Shown: in pieces, positions 50,974 through 59,058 of the stretch
Numbering within the stretch: position 1 is the first letter of the stretch
Layout: each line of letters opens with the position of its first letter
IMG/VR virus record: IMGVR_UViG_3300045995_000532
Coordinates: 1 to 64,000 of that record
Source: a virus
DNA: 64,000 bases
Reading direction: 5' to 3' (one strand)
Notes under the pieces: model-generated
What the model was told of the DNA's origin: nothing
Database searches by the model: none
Seen by the model: the letters and a program-made list of their open reading frames with translations, nothing else
Program-made: the position numbers and the translations under genes

Positions 50974-51706
50974 CTGGCTCACTGATCCGGTCAATCTCGT
51001 CGACGAGGCAGGCGATAGCCTTCTCGAGGTCATGCACGCTGGCTGCATGCCACAGGTAAGTCAGCGCGTTCCCGCAGTTGAAGTTCCAGTGCCGGGCGAT
51101 CTGGACGCACTCCACACCAGGACCGCCCGTCCACTGGGATCCGCTGGGGCCCATCACGTCCGCCACCGCAAGCGCCAGGCGCGCCTCGTCGTCTGCGACC
51201 TGAGCCGTGTAAGCCGAAGCGTCCGCCTCGGCCCACGCGTCCGATTCGTTGCGAGCTTGCAGTGCGCTGGTCACACGGCTCACCGGTGTGTCCGCGACAG
51301 CGCGGATGAGCTCCCTGGTATTGAGCAGCACCTGTGCAGTCATAAGCTGGTTGACTGCGCGGAAATCATCGAGGTAGCCGGCCTGAAGCCCAAGCGCGGC
51401 GGCCACGCTCAGTTCGGCGACCGATCGAGCGTCATCCTCCCAGCCGGGCAGCAGGCATATGGCCTCCGCATGGGCAGCGATCCAGGCCACATCCTCACCG
51501 AGCGACTCGCGTGCACTAAAGCGATGCGTGCCGTCGGCGAGTTCCTCGAAGGACACCCCTTCGGGCAGGATTCCGCGATCCAAGTCCCGCTCGACAGGCT
51601 CGAACACGTCATGCCCCCAGTCGCAGAGCACACTGAAAGCCGTCGTGGATGCAGGGAAGTTGAACCGGGGGACACCGACCATGGGGCCGGAGATGAAGAT
51701 CCTCAT
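50960..51706 (-). CDS. DUF4406 + DUF3310-like fusion
   Basis: IFISGPM.G...FNFPA, AICLLPGWE; C-terminal VEC.QI.....FNCGNA..Y.W...DLEKA. Confidence 0.75.
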   Translation of the reverse strand: MRIFISGPMVGVPRFNFPASTTAFSVLCDWGHDVFEPVERDLDRGILPEGVSFEELADGTHRFSARESLGEDVAWIAAHAEAICLLPGWEDDARSVAELSVAAALGLQAGYLDDFRAVNQLMTAQVLLNTRELIRAVADTPVSRVTSALQARNESDAWAEADASAYTAQVADDEARLALAVADVMGPSGSQWTGGPGVECVQIARHWNFNCGNALTYLWHAASVHDLEKAIACLVDEIDRISEPDAPA

Positions 51707-52626
51707 CAGTCGTCAACACCTTCCTGGAAGTCGGGCAGTGGGGCCTGGCCGCAGACGTCCCGCCAGGCGCAGAAGTTGCACTTCTTGGTGTCCGTCGTCA
51801 TGGGATGCACGCCGGCGCGCTGAGCGCGGATGTACTCACGGATGTGCACCATGAGGCGGCGGTAGTGAGCCTCAGTGCGCTGACCGGTGTTGTGGGCCTT
51901 GAACTCGCCGTTGCGGATCGCCAGCCACCTGCCGGCACGTCCCATCGGCGGATGATCTTCGGGGGTTCCGCCCCACATACTCAGCCCCTTGGACTCGACA
52001 CGGTCCATAAGGTCGTAGAACGACGGCATGGCCAGGAAGTCCGTCCAGAACGCATCTTGCAAGGACGCGTAGGAGTAGACGGTCCATTGGTTCGCGTATT
52101 GGAGATGGTCAGGCCGAAGGCCCGTTTTTAGGTCATCTACTGAGAGGTACGGAATGCCATAGTTGAAGCGAATCCCGAGGCGGTCCACGGTGCCGTGCAA
52201 GGTGTGGTCTTCGCCGTCGATCCTCAGTGGCACGTTGAAGGTGTGCTCGACGCCGAGCAGGACGAACTTGTCGTGACGGATCCACTCCGCGGCCGCCTTG
52301 ATACCCGCCCTGCCCTGAGCAAGATCCAAGGCCCAGGTGTGCCCGCGCACCCACTCGTTGGGGAACCCTTCACTGATCTCTGCGGCGTGCTCAGGGGACC
52401 AGTAGTGCTCGAAGGTCGCCAAGGCCACCTTCTCAGCGTCCTCGCGGCCCTCATGGTGAAGCTGCTGGAAGATCTGCATGGCGTAGTGGATGTGGGTGCC
52501 GAGGATCGTCGCCGACAACCTGGCCGGCTCGATGCCGTTGGCGCGGCCGAGGATGTCATAGTGCTGGCGCGCCGCACAATACGAGAAGGACGACAGTGAA
52601 CTCTGGCGGATGAGGATTCGACTCAC
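51706..52626 (-). CDS. PD-(D/E)XK (RecB/Cas4-like) exonuclease
   Basis: C..., GTHIH, GTVDRL, DDLKTG, Q..VY, CNFCAWRDVC. Confidence 0.88.
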   Translation of the reverse strand: MSRILIRQSSLSSFSYCAARQHYDILGRANGIEPARLSATILGTHIHYAMQIFQQLHHEGREDAEKVALATFEHYWSPEHAAEISEGFPNEWVRGHTWALDLAQGRAGIKAAAEWIRHDKFVLLGVEHTFNVPLRIDGEDHTLHGTVDRLGIRFNYGIPYLSVDDLKTGLRPDHLQYANQWTVYSYASLQDAFWTDFLAMPSFYDLMDRVESKGLSMWGGTPEDHPPMGRAGRWLAIRNGEFKAHNTGQRTEAHYRRLMVHIREYIRAQRAGVHPMTTDTKKCNFCAWRDVCGQAPLPDFQEGVDD

Positions 52627-53272
52627 GCCCCCCCGGTGGCATGCGCATTGCGCTTGCGCAGGCAAACCTCGACGGAATCGGGGATGACGTCCTGCCTGCT
52701 GGTTTCACCGGCCATCGCATGCAGTTCGCACGGCCGACGGCCCCACCAACCGTGGTTGCGGCAGCTCGGGTCATCACCCTCCTGATGAGCACAGGAACAG
52801 CACCAGCAGTTGGTGCGCTGCACCATGGACCACGACGTCGTAGTGAGGTGTCGTTGCTCGATGACACCGTCATCCCAGCGCACCTCGTCCCACTCCATGA
52901 CCCCGGTCGCGGCGTCGTAGTGGTAGGCGGTGCGCTGGGATGGCTGGGGGTTGATGTTCGCCTTGTTGTAGGCGATGACGTTCACCACTCCACCCTGGAC
53001 AGCAGAACGTGCCAGCCCGCGCACAGCGGATGCCTGCAGGTGGGGAACCTGTCCTTGTGGTCGACGTCACGATGCCACTGGGTGAGGACGGCCTCGAACT
53101 CGACAAATGGGGAGAAATCCGCGGGCTCCACCACGGTGGACAGGCGGTCCTCGAGGATGTCCATCGCCGTGTTGATCGCGCCGGCGCCGATGGGGTTCGA
53201 CGGGTACTGCTCAGCGAGGAACTCGGCCAGGCGTGAAACCTGAGACTCGAGCGTCTCGTGGGTGGTGGGCAT
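52623..53272 (-). CDS. Two hypothetical genes (52623-52985, 52982-53272)
   Basis: GGAAGGAG SD at 53272 start, coupled junctions. Confidence 0.65.
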
Positions 53273-53292
53273 CCGTCTCCTTCCATGGGTAC

Positions 53293-53346
53293 AAAAAGAG
53301 GGCGGCACCCACACCGCGGCCGAGGCCGTTCGTTGGATGCCGCCCT
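53293..53346 (-). terminator. Intrinsic terminator in the leader of the replication operon
   Basis: Minus strand AGGGCGGCA...TGCCGCCCT-CTTTTT, ~20 nt before the first start. Confidence 0.7.
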
Positions 53347-53464
53347 TGGCTCTTCAGCTCTGGGGGCCGTGGGAACCTCGTGGTTCGCCGCCGGCGACCT
53401 ACTGCTCAGGTCGTGATGAAGTTGTGGTCTGTACCGTAGCTCCCGCCTCCGACGCTCTTCGGCC

Positions 53465-53496
53465 GCGACGTTCTGACGGGTCGGTCAGGGCGCCGT
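53465..53496 (-). promoter_or_regulatory. Inverted-arm site copy 4
   Basis: Minus strand ..GGCGCCCTGAC-CGACCC-GTCAGAACGTCGC, intergenic. Confidence 0.7.
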
Positions 53497-53640
53497 CTGG
53501 TCATAGCGGACGAACCACTCTGCGCGACCGGCCACAACGTCTCACCCGGTCACCACTATTCCCTCCGCCTGCCTTCAGGGTCATCTTGTGGGGAGACACC
53601 GCATCGCAGGGGTGACAGGAACGAACAGGAGCTGGTTGAC

Positions 53641-54170
53641 GTGGTGGGCACCAACGAAAACCCGGTCAAGTCGGACAATTCAGCCGAGCGTGAGATCAAC
53701 TCACTCGGCGTCGCACTCCTCGGGAATGCCGAAACCGCGAACTTGCGGCGCATCTCGATGTTCAACCTCCGGGCTGGCATCGAGGCTATCCGCGGATCGT
53801 ACGGCGGCCAGCTCGTCATCGTGGCCCCGCACAAGCCGGGGGATCCGATCGAGTTCATCTACGACGGCATGGCGACCCGCCGATAACCATGAGGATCTCC
53901 TTGATCGCCGACCTCGACGACGGCACACGTGAGTACGCCACCACGGTGACCTACTGGGATCTGAGCCGCAACGAGCTCGGTCAGTTCGCCGCCATGCTCG
54001 CCGTGCGCCTCGCCGATGAGCTGCTCATCCCGCACACAGACCATGACAGCGCGAAGGCCATGACTTGGGAGTCACGGCCTTGGCACTGCGTCACCTCTGA
54101 CAGTGGATGCACTCACAGTTCTACCAGCGCAGACGACCCTGTCAAGCCGAACGGGCCCCACCCGACTTGA
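53641..54170 (+). CDS. Two small plus-strand hypothetical genes (53641-53886, 53889-54170)
   Basis: AGGAG SD; divergent from replication operon, convergent with tail operon. Confidence 0.55.
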
Positions 54171-54396
54171 TGAACCCCACCGGCGCCGTGTCGGGGTCAA
54201 CCTCCCACGCGATGCCCGCCAGGACGGCCCCCTCGAACGTGGCGTAGCACCAGAACCGGCCGATCGCCCGGAGGTCATCCACGGGCACCTCCACGAGGCG
54301 GAACAGGTACTGGGGGCGCACCTGCACCTGGTAACCGGCCGCGGTCTTCACGATCCACCCACCAGAGATCTTGACCAGCTCGGGGGGAAGAATCAT
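54142..54396 (-). CDS. Small hypothetical protein
   Basis: Coupled to upstream gene; RFWCY..F..A.LA...W motif. Confidence 0.6.
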   Translation of the reverse strand: MILPPELVKISGGWIVKTAAGYQVQVRPQYLFRLVEVPVDDLRAIGRFWCYATFEGAVLAGIAWEVDPDTAPVGFIKSGGARSA

Positions 54397-54782
54397 ACGA
54401 AATATCCCTGGTTCGTCGTCGAGCCCTGTCCGCCGAACGTGGTGTACGCCAAGACGCAGTCCGTCACGAAGACGAAGCATCCACTACCGGTCATCAGGTT
54501 GAACCATCCCTCGTTACCAGTGAGACCCGCCGCCTCTGCGCTGTTGAACCGGACCGCGGTCTTCAGCGTGTGAATCCCGGCGACATTGGGGAGCACCAAG
54601 AGTTCCGACTCCCCATACGCCCACCCGAAGCACCGTCCGGTGAAGATCCCGATCGTCACGGCGTCGATCACCTGTCCAGGATCGAACGTGTTGCCCTTCG
54701 TGCTGCTTGTCTCGACTCGGATCGTCAGATCAAAGACGAGGCCCGCCTTCGGGTCGAAAGGGGGAAGCGAAAGGCGAATCAT
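54393..54782 (-). CDS. Tail-region protein B2 (paralog of 55834..56214)
   Basis: Shared LP.FDPK..L.FD, GLTG.EGWF.L, VFVTDC...Y, NQGYF. Confidence 0.8.
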   Translation of the reverse strand: MIRLSLPPFDPKAGLVFDLTIRVETSSTKGNTFDPGQVIDAVTIGIFTGRCFGWAYGESELLVLPNVAGIHTLKTAVRFNSAEAAGLTGNEGWFNLMTGSGCFVFVTDCVLAYTTFGGQGSTTNQGYFV

Positions 54783-55837
54783 CCCAGCCCTCCGACGCCT
54801 ACGCGCTCAACAAACCTGTAGCGCGAAGGCAGAACCTCGATCGTACAAGTAATCTTCTTAACAGTAGCCGTCTGGTAGATGGTCGTATCGTTCGTAACCT
54901 CTCCAATCTGTTGATTCTGCCCAGTATAGATTTCGCTGCCGACAACCGCCAATGTGATCGGCCAATGATCTGTAGAGAATGTCGATGTCACCCATCCTGT
55001 ATCTTGCCCGACGTGACCCCCCGCAAGTTCACCGCCCAAGGCCTGTGCCCGGACGATGCCAGACCTGAACAATGCGCTCGATTGCGGGTGATGGGCATCG
55101 GCTTCGCTTGTGTTGCGCATATAGGGCAGCGATGGTAGCTCGACCAGGTAGGCAAGGTCCGGCTCCGCGAGCGGCACAATGCCTGCATAGTTGTAAGCAT
55201 CGGAGTTCGCTTCCCATTCGACCGTAACACTGACTGGCGAAAGGTTAGTTCCGTATCCGTTTCCCTCGTATTCGACGTCGCAGCCATCGGGGCGCGTCGT
55301 CGGGCCAATGGCATAAACGCCAGCCGCGTCTAGGCTTTCACTTCCAAACTGGAAGTACGAGACCTGCCCTGAACTCGTAAAGAGCGTAGGAGAACCGTCG
55401 GGTTGCCACGTATAGGCCCCAAAGTGGCTTGCGGTCCGGAGTGGCCCGCCATCCCATTGCGTCGGGATTCGCCCCGATTCATCCATAGAGAGAAAATTGA
55501 AGCCGCGGGCCGTGATGTCCTCGAAGGAGGCAAGCCCTAACGAATTGGCCGGAACATATCCCTCCCACCAGAACATGCGGAATCTCCCTGACAAGTATGA
55601 CGCTGTCACGGGTGGTGGCTGCACCCAGGGCGAACCACTCGTCAGTGCTATACCCCTGGACTCATCCGCACCCAACGCGCTGTAGGGCCAGGAGCCAACT
55701 TCGTATGGACCGTCCGCTGCACGGCTCGTGGGGGCTGCCCCGTCCACGTCGTGGAGGCCATCCTTGAACGGGTAGGCGAGGTTCAGGACGTGCGGGCCCT
55801 TGACGGACTGGAGGATCGACGGGCGGTACCTGGTCAC
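54779..55837 (-). CDS. Tail-region protein A2, possible receptor-binding protein
   Basis: Aromatic/Gly-rich, lower GC; N-terminus YRP...QS...PFKDG shared with 56211..56429. Confidence 0.7.
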   Translation of the reverse strand: MTRYRPSILQSVKGPHVLNLAYPFKDGLHDVDGAAPTSRAADGPYEVGSWPYSALGADESRGIALTSGSPWVQPPPVTASYLSGRFRMFWWEGYVPANSLGLASFEDITARGFNFLSMDESGRIPTQWDGGPLRTASHFGAYTWQPDGSPTLFTSSGQVSYFQFGSESLDAAGVYAIGPTTRPDGCDVEYEGNGYGTNLSPVSVTVEWEANSDAYNYAGIVPLAEPDLAYLVELPSLPYMRNTSEADAHHPQSSALFRSGIVRAQALGGELAGGHVGQDTGWVTSTFSTDHWPITLAVVGSEIYTGQNQQIGEVTNDTTIYQTATVKKITCTIEVLPSRYRFVERVGVGGLG

Positions 55838-56214
55838 GAGAAGTACCCCTGGTTCACGGGAGCTCCCTGCGCACTGGCGGGCGCATAGGTCACGATGCAG
55901 TCGGTGACGAACACATAGGTGCTCGCGAGTGCAGTGAGGCGAAACCACCCCTCCCCGCCCGTCAGGCCGACGGACTCGGGAAGGGTGAACCGCGCCTGGG
56001 TCCGGAAGGAGAAACCGCCGGACTCAGGCGCAATGACGGCGTCCACGCTGGCGATGGCCCAGCCAACGAAGTCCCCGGCCCAGAGTTCGACGTTGAACGC
56101 GTTGAAGGCGCCGCCTGGTTGGACGCCCGCCGACCCACCGACCCGGGCGAAGCACACGAAGTCGAAGGCGAGCGGCTGCTTCGGGTCGAAACTCGGCAAT
56201 AGAGCCTTAATCAT
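55834..56214 (-). CDS. Tail-region protein B1
   Basis: Paralog of 54393..54782. Confidence 0.8.
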   Translation of the reverse strand: MIKALLPSFDPKQPLAFDFVCFARVGGSAGVQPGGAFNAFNVELWAGDFVGWAIASVDAVIAPESGGFSFRTQARFTLPESVGLTGGEGWFRLTALASTYVFVTDCIVTYAPASAQGAPVNQGYFS

Positions 56215-56429
56215 GAGTTTTGCGGCTCGGAATAGAAAGTGACGAAGACGCCCGACCGAGGGTCGTCGCTGAAAGGGCGATATGCCCAGTCGGCAGGAGT
56301 GTAGGCGCCGTACTGAGCCTGGGTCACAGGTCCGTAGCCGGAATTATTTCCGTCCTTGAACGGCACTGCCACGGTGATGTTCTTGGCGTCGGCGATGGAC
56401 TGCTCAACCGCGGGGCGGTAGGTCGCCAT
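56211..56429 (-). CDS. Tail-region protein A1 (short paralog of A2 N-terminus)
   Basis: MATYRPAVEQS...VPFKDG...W.Y...D..SG. Confidence 0.65.
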   Translation of the reverse strand: MATYRPAVEQSIADAKNITVAVPFKDGNNSGYGPVTQAQYGAYTPADWAYRPFSDDPRSGVFVTFYSEPQNS

Positions 56430-56523
56430 CAGGGCACGAGTTCGCTCGGGATGGATGCGCCCAACCCGTTTACCGCCAGCACCTGGATGGCAGTGGCGCC
56501 CACAACTGGGACCGTGTACGCGC

Positions 56524-57438
56524 TCATGCGAGCGTGAAGTCCGCGGGAACGGACTCCCCGAGCGTGTTGACGGCGACGACACGGGCGGCCACCAGCCCGG
56601 CCGGAACTGTTGCCGACGTCTCGCCGGCGGGAACCTTGTACTCAACCACCGCGCCTGCTGTGTCCAAGGTGGTGACAACGTAGCCGGTGATCGCTGATCC
56701 ACCATTCGCGGGCGATCCCCACGAGCACAACCGCGGAGCGCCCAGGGTTCGGACACGCAAGAATACGGTTGCGCCACTTCCCCCTGGAGTGAGGTTGGCA
56801 AACATGTCAGCCGAGTTGACCGCGGTGGTTACTGTGCCGGTGTCTGCCCGGAAATAGCCGCGGTTTCCGGTGGCGTGCGAATGTTCTAGAACAGGAACGT
56901 CCGCAGTCGTGCATTGCACCATCGAAATATCATCTCCGATACGCGCGTCAGTCCACACAGAAGCATCATTCGCAGACGAAGAGATCGCAATGACAAAGTC
57001 GCCCAACGCCGCCTGCAACCCGGGAGTGGCATACCAGTAGGTGTTGACTCCGGCCGATTCGGCACTCAGCCCCAAGATCGCCCCCCACGGCGCGGCGGTT
57101 CGATAAGCGGCAATTATGAACGCGAAGGGACCGCCGGTGGCGGCCGACAAGGGTTGGCTAATCGCAGTTTCCGACGCCGTAGCGATCTTCCACCAAATCT
57201 CTGCGCCGGCTGGCCCTACACCGGCGCCATAAGTTCCCCCGCCACCGCTGATGCTAGCCCCCTGAGTGAAACCGCAGGCAGCAAAGGCGGATGACACTGC
57301 AACCGGTCGGCCCCACGCCATCGCGACGAGTAGATCACCGGCCTGCCACCCCGCCGGCAACGCGATGTCGAGGGTACCAGTCGGCCCATCGGACCAGCAG
57401 GGAGTTCCTGCGCTGACTAGCGTGATCGCAGCGGGCAT
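56524..57438 (-). CDS. Minor tail protein with C-terminal partial FN3 domain
   Basis: LPAGWQAGDLLVA; SWGSPANGGSAITGYVVT...RVVAVNTLGES. Confidence 0.75.
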   Translation of the reverse strand: MPAAITLVSAGTPCWSDGPTGTLDIALPAGWQAGDLLVAMAWGRPVAVSSAFAACGFTQGASISGGGGTYGAGVGPAGAEIWWKIATASETAISQPLSAATGGPFAFIIAAYRTAAPWGAILGLSAESAGVNTYWYATPGLQAALGDFVIAISSSANDASVWTDARIGDDISMVQCTTADVPVLEHSHATGNRGYFRADTGTVTTAVNSADMFANLTPGGSGATVFLRVRTLGAPRLCSWGSPANGGSAITGYVVTTLDTAGAVVEYKVPAGETSATVPAGLVAARVVAVNTLGESVPADFTLA

Positions 57439-57439
57439 A

Positions 57440-58612
57440 TCAAACCACCGTCAGGTTGATGGGGGCCGCAGGTGGGCCAGGGAAGAGTGTCGGCGTGGTC
57501 GCCAACGAGCCGTCATCTTGGACGTGGACGGCGAACCGTGATCCGTTCGGGCTGGTCAGGATCGTCGTAGCCGGCGCGCCACCGCCAAGTTCGACCCATA
57601 CGCCAGACCGCTTGGCGTGAAGCACTGAACCGACGATGAGTGGGTAGCTCTCCGGGTAACCTGCTGGATCCGGCAAGGACAGCGCGGTGTCGAGCGTGAA
57701 CGACATGAAGCGCATATTCATGTCGGAGCTCATCGGCTTTCCGGTCACTGCCGGCATACCGGTGTCGCGCCAAGTACGCACCAGAGGCGTGGCCAGGTCC
57801 CATTCAGACGTTCGCTCGACAACCTCATGCACAAGGCTCGCCGAGGAGTAGATCCCTGGATACACGGTGCGGTACAGCCGCCACGACCGTGCCGCGGTCA
57901 GATCAATGGCGGCCGAAAGTGTGACGTTGACGGCATAGGACCGGATGCCGGTGTTCACCTGCGGAGGAGAGTTGCCGGGATCAGAACTGCACGGGTCAGC
58001 GGGGACAGTACCCAGGTCGGTGTAGGTGGTCGTCGGAGAGTTGACGATCGCGATCCTGGTGTACCCGGGCTCCGTGGTGCCCATGCGCCAGATCCGAAAG
58101 GAATCAGCAGCCCCATACGCGGGCAGGTCGAGGACGACCTTCGTGTCGCCAGCCTGCAACCCGATGACGACCGCGGGCCCGAGCGGCGTCTCCTCGGTGC
58201 CCTTGATGGCCGTCAGCCCGTAGTAGTAGATGCCCGGCGTGAGCGTACCGGTTCCTTGGCCGCTGGACAAGCCGGGCATACCTGGAGAGACAAGAAGTGC
58301 AGGTGTGACGAGCTCGGCCTCAGCACTGGCTACCGACTCGTTGCCGAACTCGTCCACAACTGCGTACCGGTAGAAGTACGAGAACCCGCCCTGCATGACG
58401 CCTGCCCCCAGCAGCAAGCCGGTAGTAGGCGCTGGATCCGTCGCCCCGGTATCCGCCCGAACCCTGTAGTGATGGTCGTGAGCTTCTACTGCGGCGAGAA
58501 GCCGGTCCAAAGTCAACCTGTCTAGGCCGGTGAACTTCTGCCCGTCCTCGTTGATGGTTCCCGGGACAGATCCGCCAAAGTGCGACAATTTGAAACGCGG
58601 GGTCAGGCCCAT
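57440..58612 (-). CDS. Minor tail protein
   Basis: YFYRYAVVDEFGNES, YYYGLTA...ET, YTDLG beta-sandwich repeats; LTSPNGSRF. Confidence 0.75.
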   Translation of the reverse strand: MGLTPRFKLSHFGGSVPGTINEDGQKFTGLDRLTLDRLLAAVEAHDHHYRVRADTGATDPAPTTGLLLGAGVMQGGFSYFYRYAVVDEFGNESVASAEAELVTPALLVSPGMPGLSSGQGTGTLTPGIYYYGLTAIKGTEETPLGPAVVIGLQAGDTKVVLDLPAYGAADSFRIWRMGTTEPGYTRIAIVNSPTTTYTDLGTVPADPCSSDPGNSPPQVNTGIRSYAVNVTLSAAIDLTAARSWRLYRTVYPGIYSSASLVHEVVERTSEWDLATPLVRTWRDTGMPAVTGKPMSSDMNMRFMSFTLDTALSLPDPAGYPESYPLIVGSVLHAKRSGVWVELGGGAPATTILTSPNGSRFAVHVQDDGSLATTPTLFPGPPAAPINLTVV

Positions 58613-59058
58613 CAGAGTCCTCCAAAACCAGTTGGTCGAGTTTCAAGAACCTGAGCATCCGTCGAGACTTCCTGGCCCAAGTCTTTATATGCGATGCCCG
58701 CGAAGATGAAATGATGTTGTAGGACTGCCCCGATCGAGCCAGACTTGACGCCAATATAGACGTAGGCGCCGATGTAGTTCCCCTTAGGGTTGCGGTGCCA
58801 CTGCCAGACGCCTGTGTTGCAGTCGGGGATCCACCCGCTGCTCGAGTCGTAGTCGGTTCTGATCGCGGTGCTTGTCGCGATCGCGGGCGGCGCCATGAAC
58901 GCGACCTCGAACATAATCGGCTCAGCGATTCGCACCGAGGTCGTGCCCTTTGTGTCGATGGTGTGCGTCGAAAAGGCCAGCCGTGCGGAGTTCTGCTGCT
59001 GGGCCGCTCGAGCAGCGTTGCCGGACTCCTGGGCGACGATCAGGTCGAAGAACCCCAT
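58612..59058 (-). CDS. Tail-region protein
   Basis: Coupled within tail operon. Confidence 0.65.
   Translation of the reverse strand: MGFFDLIVAQESGNAARAAQQQNSARLAFSTHTIDTKGTTSVRIAEPIMFEVAFMAPPAIATSTAIRTDYDSSSGWIPDCNTGVWQWHRNPKGNYIGAYVYIGVKSGSIGAVLQHHFIFAGIAYKDLGQEVSTDAQVLETRPTGFGGL

Noticed and set aside
51706-52626. Cas4 as part of a CRISPR system
   Set aside because: Sits in a standard phage exonuclease-ATPase-SSB recombination module; no array or cas1
54393-57438. Diversity-generating retroelement or invertible tail shufflon
   Set aside because: No reverse transcriptase or invertase in the window; paralogs are diverged at all bases and in the same orientation
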